Positions 16,659 to 24,413 of a stretch of 24,413 nt of DNA are shown here, in pieces. How positions within the stretch are numbered: position 1 is the first letter of the stretch; each line of letters begins with the position of its first letter. The stretch lies in contig JBIJBT010000041.1 in NCBI GenBank assembly GCA_044345055.1, positions 1 to 24,413 on the forward strand, in the 5' to 3' direction. The position numbers were made by a program, and so were the translations under genes. Below the pieces are notes generated by a model that saw nothing but the letters and a program-made list of their open reading frames with translations, searched no databases and was not told where the DNA came from. The stretch is from Bdellovibrionota bacterium. GTDB lineage: Bacteria > Bdellovibrionota_C > UBA2361 > OMIW01.

Positions 16659-16730
16659 TTTATACGCCGAACCAAAACACCAACCCGCTCTACAAAACCC
16701 GGCCATCCAACCATCGAGGCACCACTCTCC

Positions 16731-18125
16731 ATGACCGATCACACTGAACCTTCCAATATTTCCCCAAGCGACCCCGCTGAACCAACACAAAGCCCCGACC
16801 GCCGCGGCCTCTACATTAAGACCTTCGGCTGCCAGATGAACGAGTACGATTCGCAGAAGCTCGCCAAAATTCTCGAGTCAAACTACCAGCTCGTTGAAGC
16901 TCCTGAACAAGCAGATCTAATTCTCGTCAACACCTGCAGCGTTCGCGAAAAGCCCGAGCATAAGCTTTACAGCTTGCTTGGCGAAGTGCGCGATCTGAAA
17001 GCTCGCAAACCGGGCGTCATGGTCGGAGTTGGGGGATGTGTTGCGCAGCAGGAGGGGCAGAATATCGTTCGTCGCAGCAAGGCGGTTGATTTTGTATTCG
17101 GGACGCACAACCTCTCTCTTGTTCCATCTCTCATCGCTCATCGTGAAGCGGGAGGGTTGCCGCAAGTTGCGGTCGATTATCGAGAGGATTGGGAAGATTA
17201 TCCCCTTGGTTTTCCAGAAGATGGAAGGATTTCCCGCTTTGTCTCGATTAGTCGGGGCTGTAACAAGAATTGTACTTACTGCATTGTGCCGACGACTCGT
17301 GGAAAAGAGGTGTCGCGAGCTCCAGAAGAGATTGAACGTGAGGTGCGAATCGCTGTAGCGCGTGGAGCTCGCGAGATTGTGCTTCTCGGGCAAACGGTAA
17401 ATTCGTACGGGCTAGACTTTTCACCCCGTCAAAGCTTTGTTTCTCTTCTGCGACGTGTCGCAGATATTAAAGGAGTTGAACGGATTCGCTTTACAAGTCC
17501 CCATCCACAAGAAGTGCGTAGCGACTTCATAGACTTTGTTTGCGAAAACCCGAAAGTTTGTCACCACATTCATCTGCCCCTCCAATCGGGGAGTGATCGC
17601 ATTTTGAAAGCGATGAACCGCAACTATCGTCGTCACCGTTTTCTCGCTATCGTCGAGGAGCTTCGGACGCGGGTGCCTGACATGGCGATGACGACCGATA
17701 TTATCGTTGCCTTCCCGGGGGAGACTGAGGAGGACTTCGAGCAAACCCTCGACATCATGCGTCAAGTACGATTCCTGAACAGCTTCTCGTTCGTCTTTTC
17801 CCCCCGGCCGGGAACGGTCGCTGCGGAGATGGAATCGCAGTTTCTTCCTCGGGAGGTAGGGTTCGAACGGCTCCAGCGACTTCAGCAGCTTCAGGAAGAT
17901 CATGGGCGCGAAGCGCTTGAGAGTTGGGTTGGTAAAAGGGTTGACGTGCTTATTGAGGGTCCCTCTTCGTTCGATCCGACCCTTATGTGTGGCCGAACAA
18001 GTCAGAACATCGTCATTAATCTGACCGCTGCCGTCCCGCAGCTCGAGCCCGGCGCACTCGTTTCGGTCGAGGTAACGGGGATGAATCGATACACCCTCTC
18101 GGGGACAGTCGCCTCAGGAGCTTAA
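16731..18125 (+). CDS. miaB: tRNA (N6-isopentenyl adenosine-37-C2)-methylthiotransferase
   Basis: YIKTFGCQMNEYDS, NTCSVREK, GGCVAQ, radical-SAM CNKNCTYC, LLGQTVNSYG, RIRFTSPHP, LPLQSGS, and a C-terminal TRAM domain. Start moved to ATG 16731 (GAGG upstream), because the track's TTG 16629 is the -35 box. Confidence 0.96.
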   Translation: MTDHTEPSNISPSDPAEPTQSPDRRGLYIKTFGCQMNEYDSQKLAKILESNYQLVEAPEQADLILVNTCSVREKPEHKLYSLLGEVRDLKARKPGVMVGVGGCVAQQEGQNIVRRSKAVDFVFGTHNLSLVPSLIAHREAGGLPQVAVDYREDWEDYPLGFPEDGRISRFVSISRGCNKNCTYCIVPTTRGKEVSRAPEEIEREVRIAVARGAREIVLLGQTVNSYGLDFSPRQSFVSLLRRVADIKGVERIRFTSPHPQEVRSDFIDFVCENPKVCHHIHLPLQSGSDRILKAMNRNYRRHRFLAIVEELRTRVPDMAMTTDIIVAFPGETEEDFEQTLDIMRQVRFLNSFSFVFSPRPGTVAAEMESQFLPREVGFERLQRLQQLQEDHGREALESWVGKRVDVLIEGPSSFDPTLMCGRTSQNIVINLTAAVPQLEPGALVSVEVTGMNRYTLSGTVASGA

Positions 18126-18260
18126 ATTACCTACGGAGCCGTAGCAGCACCTTTCTGTTGTGCAGCAGCCCATTTGTCGGTAAAACAGAGGGAAAGAACA
18201 CAGACGCGCTGAAAGTTCGCTGAGATTGGTGCTCAGCACGGGGAAGGCATTTTCGGGGGA

Positions 18261-18836
18261 GTGGCGATGAGCGAGAACGATACGACGAGAGATCAGGATT
18301 CAGTTGAGATGTTTGTGGGTGGGCTCATGCTTGATCCTAATACGCAGACACCAGTTGTTATTTTAAAGGATGAATCGGGAGAGAACTGTCTTCCGATCTG
18401 GATAGGAGCGGCTGAAGCTACATCAATTGCATCGGCGATAAAGCAAGTGGAACTTCCGCGTCCCTTGACTCACGACCTGCTCCACGAGATCCTTTCGCAG
18501 CTCGGCGTGAAGGTAAAGCGGGTAATTATTACGGAGCTTCGCGATGCTACTTATATGGCTGAGCTGATGGTTTCGCAGGGTGACCGAGTAATCGTGCTCG
18601 ATTCACGTCCAAGTGACGCAATTGGAGTTGCAATCCGAGCTGATGCGCCGATATTTGTTGCGCAGCGAGTTTTGGAGCAGGCAAAAATTTCGTTAAAGGG
18701 GGCGCAGCAGGGTGAGGGAGAGCTTTTGCCAACCGAAACTTCTTCGGTCAGCGAAGAATTCAGCGATATCAACAAAGAGCAATGGTCCGATATTCTTAAT
18801 AGTCTCGATGCGGAAGACTTTAAGTATAAAGTGTGA
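18261..18836 (+). CDS. Bifunctional nuclease family protein (DUF151 / DNase-RNase)
   Basis: PVVILKD, LPIWIGAAEA, PRPLTHDL, LDSRPSDAI and APIFV. Start may be ATG 18267, which follows SD GGGGGAG. Confidence 0.93.
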   Translation: MAMSENDTTRDQDSVEMFVGGLMLDPNTQTPVVILKDESGENCLPIWIGAAEATSIASAIKQVELPRPLTHDLLHEILSQLGVKVKRVIITELRDATYMAELMVSQGDRVIVLDSRPSDAIGVAIRADAPIFVAQRVLEQAKISLKGAQQGEGELLPTETSSVSEEFSDINKEQWSDILNSLDAEDFKYKV

Positions 18837-18952
18837 CGTTAATTTTATTCACCTGATCAAAAGCGTTCATTTAAAAAACGCAGTGATGAGGCCGCCTCTC
18901 CGAATGCCGTGAGCGGAGGGTTAGCGGAGAATTTTATTTAGGAATTTTTGCA

Positions 18953-19810
18953 GTGACATCCCGATCAGGTTCACATCGTTCTACCTCGCTCTCTTCGTCA
19001 GCAAGCCCGACATCGGGAAGCGACGATGAGCGGTTATACCGCGACCCCGCGCTCGATCAATCAACTCCATCCGAGGACCCATTGGTCCGATTCTTGGGAA
19101 AGAATTGGCGGATTCTGGTGGCGGCGGTTGCTGTGTACGGGTTGGTTTGGTACGGACAAGTTGTGTACCGGCAATCGCAGTCTCGCCGCGCAGAGCGGGC
19201 TTCCGAGGGGCTCGCGCGGGTGCGTGAATCTTATGAACAGCTGGTCAGTGCGCAAGAGAGTCTTATCGCTGCGCAGCGTGGTGGGGCAAAAGATGATGCT
19301 ACAAAGGCCGATGACGCAAAAGCTGTGACTGAGGTCAAAGACGCGCAGCTCCGTAGAGATGAGGCCCGCTCCTCTTTGGATGAGCGATTGAAGATTCTTG
19401 CTGATCAGGGGGGTGCTTTTACGCGGATGGCTTCCGTGTATGAAACGCTTTCGCGGGCAGCGATTGGCGAAATAGTGGCCGATCCGGAGCTCGCCGCGGC
19501 GAAGGCATGGAACGGCGTGAGCCCAGATAATGCAGAGCGAGCTCTCGCGGAGGCGCAAGCATATCTCTCAGCTAAGGTGCTCCTTATCAAACCGGAAACG
19601 CACCAAGCTGGCGTATCGGGTCTTACCTCACTTGCGAAAGAAGGTGCCTATCTCAACGCCGCGGCTGCTATTTCACTCGCTGCGGTTGCTGTATCTACCG
19701 AAGAAAAAGAGTATGCTCGTGAGATTCTCAAATCTGTTCGTGCTGCCCACCCCGAACAGAGCGATCTTATTTCAGAAGAGACAAAACGGATCGGGTTTGA
19801 AATTGATTGA
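18953..19810 (+). CDS. Single-pass membrane protein, YfgM/TPR-like helical extracytoplasmic domain
   Basis: Ser-rich N-terminus, then a TM segment (FLGKNWRILVAAVAVYGLVWYG) resembling the YfgM anchor, then an Ala-rich all-helical domain. SD AGGA precedes the GTG. Confidence 0.55.
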   Translation: MTSRSGSHRSTSLSSSASPTSGSDDERLYRDPALDQSTPSEDPLVRFLGKNWRILVAAVAVYGLVWYGQVVYRQSQSRRAERASEGLARVRESYEQLVSAQESLIAAQRGGAKDDATKADDAKAVTEVKDAQLRRDEARSSLDERLKILADQGGAFTRMASVYETLSRAAIGEIVADPELAAAKAWNGVSPDNAERALAEAQAYLSAKVLLIKPETHQAGVSGLTSLAKEGAYLNAAAAISLAAVAVSTEEKEYAREILKSVRAAHPEQSDLISEETKRIGFEID

Positions 19811-19900
19811 TATTTTGTGCTGAGTTTTAGCTCTCTGTTGCACGACATCCTTTTCGATAATCGGTAAGAATGCCACGCAGAGGTGGCACGATGAGGGACG

Positions 19901-21103
19901 ATGCGACTTCTTTTTTTAGCGCCACAACCTTTTTTTCAGGAGCGGGGAACACCGATAGCGGTGCGTCTTGCGCTCGAAGTTCTCGTCCAACGGTCGCCCA
20001 GTATCGATATCGACCTACTTGTCTACCATGAAGGGGCAGAGATCGATCTTCCTGGGGTTACTATTCACCGAATAGCGGTACCCCGTGTGTTACGGCCATT
20101 TCTTAGCGGCGTGCGGCCCGGAATAACCCTCAAAAAACTGATCTGCGATCTATTTTTCCTCCTCTATGCCGTTCGGTTGATCTTGATATCCAAACGGAGT
20201 GGAGATGGCGGATATAATTTGATTCATGCGGTAGAAGAATCCGTTTTTATCGCTCTTCTCGCGCGATATTTATGGGCGATACCATATCTCTATGATATGG
20301 ATTCTTCGCTCTCGTTGCAGCTCACTGATACCTGGAGAGTGTTGCGGATTTTTCGTCCATTTTTTAGCGCGCTTGAAAGGATAGCGGTAAGGAAAAGTGC
20401 TGCGGTTGTTCCGGTCTGTGATGCGCTTGCTGCAGTCGCAGATAATGTAGGTTCACCGCACACCTGTATTTTGCGGGATGTGTCGTTGTTGGATCACCCA
20501 AGTTATCAGAGCGATTGCCGGGAATCGTTGCGAAGCTGCGCAGGAATACGATCGGATGCGAAGGTTATTCTGTATGTAGGAAATTTAGAGCGATATCAGG
20601 GGATAGATCTTGCGTTGGCATCGTTTGCAAAGGTTGCCGATAATCACTTTGATGCGCATCTCATAATTATCGGTGGAGCGTCAGAACATATTGAGAGCTA
20701 TCGCCAAGTCGTGAAGAATCAGCAAAGCGGTGCGCGCATGCATTTTTTGGGGCCTCGTCCCGTAGCTCAGCTACATCGCTTAATCGCCGAAGCAGATGTA
20801 GTTATTTCTCCTCGCATAGTCGGCAATAATACACCAATGAAGATCTATTCTTACCTTCACTCAGGAAAGCCGCTGGTAGCCACCGCCATTCCAAGCCATA
20901 CGCAGGTCCTAAACGATGAAGTGGCGAGGCTCTGCGAGCCGAATGTAGATGATTTTGCGCAGGGGCTTGTATGGGCTATAACGCATTGCGACGAGGCCAG
21001 AAAAATGGGTGAGCGGGCTCGGCGGCTTGCTGAGGAGCGGTACACCTTTTCAGTATTCAAGGAAAACCTGTTGGGGCTGTATGACAGGTTTGGTGAAAAC
21101 TAG
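19901..21103 (+). CDS. Glycosyltransferase family 4 (GT-B fold)
   Basis: MRLLFLAPQPFFQERGTP, IHAVEE, YLYDMDS, ILYVGNLERYQGID, ADVVISPR and TPMKIYSYLHSGKPLVAT, ending in MGERARRLAEERYTF. SD GAGGG. Confidence 0.92.
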   Translation: MRLLFLAPQPFFQERGTPIAVRLALEVLVQRSPSIDIDLLVYHEGAEIDLPGVTIHRIAVPRVLRPFLSGVRPGITLKKLICDLFFLLYAVRLILISKRSGDGGYNLIHAVEESVFIALLARYLWAIPYLYDMDSSLSLQLTDTWRVLRIFRPFFSALERIAVRKSAAVVPVCDALAAVADNVGSPHTCILRDVSLLDHPSYQSDCRESLRSCAGIRSDAKVILYVGNLERYQGIDLALASFAKVADNHFDAHLIIIGGASEHIESYRQVVKNQQSGARMHFLGPRPVAQLHRLIAEADVVISPRIVGNNTPMKIYSYLHSGKPLVATAIPSHTQVLNDEVARLCEPNVDDFAQGLVWAITHCDEARKMGERARRLAEERYTFSVFKENLLGLYDRFGEN

Positions 21104-21218
21104 GGGGTCAAAAAAGATCCTCTATTAAGTTTTTCAACAAGACTCGTTTACAAACAAGCCTCGGGTACAACCGATTCGCACAGCAATCAAATTGTCACTT
21201 CATGAAGCCATTTAGGCG

Positions 21219-22961
21219 ATGAAACTTCTTCTTTTCCCATCATTTCTTGCGCTTTTATTAAGAGCATCACCAGCCTCGATGATTATTGCGCTTCTGCTTG
21301 GTCTCTGGGGCGTCTTGAAGCGCGATGAACGCTCTCTTTCGGTACGAACCTTCATAATTGCTGCGCTTGTTCCGATAGCTGGAGTGTTTCCCGATCTTGT
21401 CACAGGTCTTCTTCTTCTCACCGTTCTCTCGATTGATCTCTCCTCTCATAACTCCCGATCTATTGCTTGGGCCGCTCCAGCTCTGATTTTGATGGCAGTG
21501 TGGTCGTTAACGCGAGCATTGAGCGAGTTCGATATCGCCCCTTTTGTGCATCTTTTCGCGGGGCACGATGGACCTGGTGAAGGTGGAGTCTTTAATGTTC
21601 TGCGGTGGCTGCGAGGAGGCCCGCCCGGGTACTTCGTTGCAATTGAGGATTGTATTCGGCTCGTTATTATTGTGTCGCTGTCGTCTGTATTGCCTCGAGA
21701 GCGTGGTGATACATTTGCAAAGGGGCTGCTTGCAGGCGGTGCGTTGTGCTCGATATTCGCCTTGGTTGAGTGGTTTGCACCTCAGACATTTGAAATAGCC
21801 CGTCCGCCACACCTATTTTGGAAGAGTCTTGGTAGGATGACCGGTTTTGCGACCGATCCAAACGCTCTTGGAATTCTTCTTGGAGCTCTTGTTCCACTCT
21901 CATTTACACTTCGTCCAAAGTGGTTGTGGGCTATCAGTATTCTGCTAATCTTTGGGGGCATTTATTCCGGTTCTCGCTCGTTTTTCATCCTTCCTATTAT
22001 CACAGCCTGTTATTTTGTCTGGCGAACGAAGGGGACACGGTTTGCGCTCCTTTCGGTCGGTTCGATCTTGGTAATCACTATCCTTCTTACTCTTTTAGGT
22101 AGCAGGGCGATACCTAATCTCCCCGTTGGATTGGTGCGGCTGCAGGAGAGTATTAATCTAACCCGAATCTCAGAAACGGTTAAGAGCCGCACGATATTCA
22201 CACGACTATGCCTTGAGGCGTTCAAACTATCACCTATCTTCGGGGTGGGTCTTGGTCGATTTGAAGACTATGTTGTCCCGCTCTCGCATTCGTTGCAGCT
22301 CGGTACTGGGGTGTGGCGCGATGGTGCGACTAGTTTTTATCTGGAAATATTATGCGAGCTTGGTCTAGTTGGAGTTCTAGTTTTTTTAGGTGTGGCGCTT
22401 TCGCTGCGGCGAGCAACGGATGCAGAGTTCGTTTACCGTGGGCTTGGTATTGCGTTTCTTGCGGTTCTTATCGTCGTTCCGGCTACGAATTTCTCTGAGG
22501 GTGTCGCCCTTGCTGGATTACTTCTTGCTCAAACGGTGGTCCCTCGTTGGAAGGGTAGCTATTCGCTTATTGCGGCCGCTATCGCGATGAGTGCTCTTGT
22601 TCCTTTTAGGTACGCGCCAAACGCGCTTTACGGATTTTATCCATGGGAACCGCACGAACGGGGATTTATTCGTTGGACTGCGACTGAATCAAGAGGTGTA
22701 TTTGGGTGTAATCATGAGGTACAGCTTACTCTCATCAATGGTTCACCTATTGTTCAGGATGTTGAGGTGAGAGTAGATGGCGTTTCGCGACTTCAAACAC
22801 TCCAAAAGAACCAGCTACTCTCGGTGAGTCTTCCGTGTCGTGAACAGCAGGCTACCTATTTTTTGAATGTATCTCCCGGATTTACTCCAGCAAAGTACGG
22901 GCATTCGGAGGATGAAAGATTACTCGGAGTACGACAGATATCAGCAGATCCACTGCCTTAG
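21219..22961 (+). CDS. O-antigen ligase-like (Wzy_C/WaaL family) membrane protein with a C-terminal soluble beta-rich domain
   Basis: Many TM segments, with RMTGFATDPNALG, SGSRS, SRTIF...PIFGVGLGRF and YLEILCELGLVG. The C-terminal domain is bracketed by GFYPWE...RWT and DERLLGV. Confidence 0.8.
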   Translation: MKLLLFPSFLALLLRASPASMIIALLLGLWGVLKRDERSLSVRTFIIAALVPIAGVFPDLVTGLLLLTVLSIDLSSHNSRSIAWAAPALILMAVWSLTRALSEFDIAPFVHLFAGHDGPGEGGVFNVLRWLRGGPPGYFVAIEDCIRLVIIVSLSSVLPRERGDTFAKGLLAGGALCSIFALVEWFAPQTFEIARPPHLFWKSLGRMTGFATDPNALGILLGALVPLSFTLRPKWLWAISILLIFGGIYSGSRSFFILPIITACYFVWRTKGTRFALLSVGSILVITILLTLLGSRAIPNLPVGLVRLQESINLTRISETVKSRTIFTRLCLEAFKLSPIFGVGLGRFEDYVVPLSHSLQLGTGVWRDGATSFYLEILCELGLVGVLVFLGVALSLRRATDAEFVYRGLGIAFLAVLIVVPATNFSEGVALAGLLLAQTVVPRWKGSYSLIAAAIAMSALVPFRYAPNALYGFYPWEPHERGFIRWTATESRGVFGCNHEVQLTLINGSPIVQDVEVRVDGVSRLQTLQKNQLLSVSLPCREQQATYFLNVSPGFTPAKYGHSEDERLLGVRQISADPLP

Positions 22962-22997
22962 GTAGCAGCAGAGTTCGGATGGTAGGAATGACGATTG

Positions 22998-24413
22998 TTA
23001 GCGATCAATTCCTACCTCAAGATTTGCCTTGTCGGGGCCTAACGTTTCGCTCCTGAGTCGGGCGCTGAAGCTCTGGCCTACGGTAAATGTGATGCGGGGA
23101 ATGAAGGCATCTGTTCCCTCTGCGGCTGGTCCGCTACGGAGTGGTACGGCAAGATCTAATCCAACTATTCCACCCCCAGAAGAACGCGGAAATCCAAAAC
23201 GGAGCCCGATGCCGAGATCGCCGTAAAGGTGATCGGTAAATATATTCCCTAAAGTATCATTCGAGGCACCGCCGAGATCGCAGAAGGCAACAGCCCCAAC
23301 ACTCATAATTCGAAAAATATCATCAGCTAGATGAACTCTATCCTCAACATTGAACAATACCCGCCGAGTCCCATCGAATCCTCTCCGCTTGTACCCTCGC
23401 AATCCACTTTCAGATCCGAGCAAAAATTGGCGGTCTCCATCAAGCTCAAATCCGTAATCGGCGGTAGCTCCTATCGCGAGTGTATGTCGCCCCAAAAAAC
23501 GATCCCCCGCAAAAACAGAACCTAGCACTGAATAGTATCGAGCCTCACCTCGAACAAGAGAGTTTGCTAACTCATTGCGTCCCATTCGTGTGGCTAAACC
23601 AAATTCCCAACGCAAAAACGAGAGTGGGTCGTAGGCTATACCAGCGGCTTTATTAGCCAAGAGGTGGAGGGTTGTATCGGTAGAACCAAGCGCCGAGGGT
23701 GCAAAGAGAAAGTCGAGAGTGGTATCTGGTCCAACGTTGTAATCCTCTACTCTTTCGAAGCGATCGATGTAATTCATCGATACAAAGCTCGGCTTTACCG
23801 ATTGATACCCGAACGAGGGGCCGACAAATTTGCGATCAAGGGGTAATCGTGAAGGATCGGTACTCACCGTATCAGGATCTATATCGAGGTTGCTGAGATC
23901 CTCGGCTGTGGCTTGAGAGAAATTCTCCTCTTGATTTGTAACTCCGACATAAAATCGTCGAATAGTTGTCGATGGAGTGCCGGTGCTGATTGTGTAGCGC
24001 GCGCGGCCAGTTGTGGTTTCGCGACGATACGCATAATCAGTTTCGCCGTCGTTGAACAGCCGACCGACGATATTGCTGTCCTCTCCATCAACTGACCAAG
24101 AGCTTTCATCGAAGAAGGTACGAAACGGTCTCCCTACATAAAAAATCTTTCGCTCACCATCCTCTCGATCGAAATAGGCGAGAGTAGTTTTAATATCGGA
24201 TGCCAAAACTCTGAGGTCTTCGTATACCGTCTCAATACTTTGCCGACCCTCTTTTTCTCGATTCAATATCTCCAATCGTTTTCCGACACCGAATAGGTTG
24301 GTGTCCGTGAGCCCAATCGAGCTATTTTGACCACTACCAGAAGGGCTAACGCTTATCCGTGGCACAAAGGTCCAGGTGTCGTGAACGATAACAACGAGTC
24401 GCACCCCATCGCC
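22998..24413 (-). CDS. Omp85/BamA-TamA superfamily outer-membrane protein, partial (5' end beyond the window)
   Basis: The frame stays open to the window edge. DTNLFGVGK (barrel strand 1 region), loop-6 motif GLRGY, FCDLG, GIGLRFG, GLDLAVPL, and a final strand ITFTVGQSF. Confidence 0.85.
   Translation of the reverse strand, partial: GDGVRLVVIVHDTWTFVPRISVSPSGSGQNSSIGLTDTNLFGVGKRLEILNREKEGRQSIETVYEDLRVLASDIKTTLAYFDREDGERKIFYVGRPFRTFFDESSWSVDGEDSNIVGRLFNDGETDYAYRRETTTGRARYTISTGTPSTTIRRFYVGVTNQEENFSQATAEDLSNLDIDPDTVSTDPSRLPLDRKFVGPSFGYQSVKPSFVSMNYIDRFERVEDYNVGPDTTLDFLFAPSALGSTDTTLHLLANKAAGIAYDPLSFLRWEFGLATRMGRNELANSLVRGEARYYSVLGSVFAGDRFLGRHTLAIGATADYGFELDGDRQFLLGSESGLRGYKRRGFDGTRRVLFNVEDRVHLADDIFRIMSVGAVAFCDLGGASNDTLGNIFTDHLYGDLGIGLRFGFPRSSGGGIVGLDLAVPLRSGPAAEGTDAFIPRITFTVGQSFSARLRSETLGPDKANLEVGIDR

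Noticed and set aside
16629..16730. Track start of miaB at TTG 16629
   Set aside because: This TTG is the -35 hexamer of a near-consensus promoter. ATG 16731 has an SD-like GAGG and lies closer to the conserved domain.
19286..19325. Short repeat encoding AKDDATKADDAKA
   Set aside because: An ordinary low-complexity linker within a CDS, not a DNA repeat element.
21202..21222. Mini-ORF MKPFRR overlapping the start of the ligase-like gene (ATGA)
   Set aside because: Six codons with no SD, easily explained by chance.
1..24413. CRISPR arrays, tRNAs, IS elements or integrases, and the many short antisense or alternate-frame ORFs in the track
   Set aside because: No regularly spaced repeats, cloverleaf with T-loop motif, or transposase/recombinase motifs were seen. 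The short ORFs lie inside well-supported genes and look like shadow frames.

Overview
Bacterial chromosomal window, mostly housekeeping genes, from a diderm organism that uses the classical menaquinone pathway. The gene mix is loosely delta-proteobacteria/Bdellovibrionota-like, but this is a tentative impression. The window opens with the 3' end of a 5S rRNA and its terminator. On the + strand follow a small ORF resembling an isolated flagellin C-terminus, a highly degenerate minimal flagellin-like gene, menF-menD-menH, and an orphan Cof-type HAD hydrolase. A long minus-strand run comes next, in transcription order: rsfS, YaeQ-family, valS, RsmI-like methyltransferase, an orphan, an LPG_synthase_TM flippase-like gene and an NMO/FabX-like flavoprotein. 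The + strand then carries an orphan ORF, miaB, a bifunctional-nuclease (DUF151) gene, a YfgM-like membrane protein, a GT4 glycosyltransferase and an O-antigen-ligase-like membrane protein. The window ends in a truncated minus-strand Omp85 gene. I found no tRNA, mobile element or CRISPR array. The best candidate for an undescribed system is the flagellin-C-like microprotein paired with the degenerate flagellin (278-1451). Other oddities: a WaaL-like protein lacking the conserved His, an Omp85 barrel with a 22-aa tail after its terminal Phe, a Cys-rich FabX-like enzyme, and a probable leaderless promoter. All family calls come from motif recognition by eye, not from database searches.
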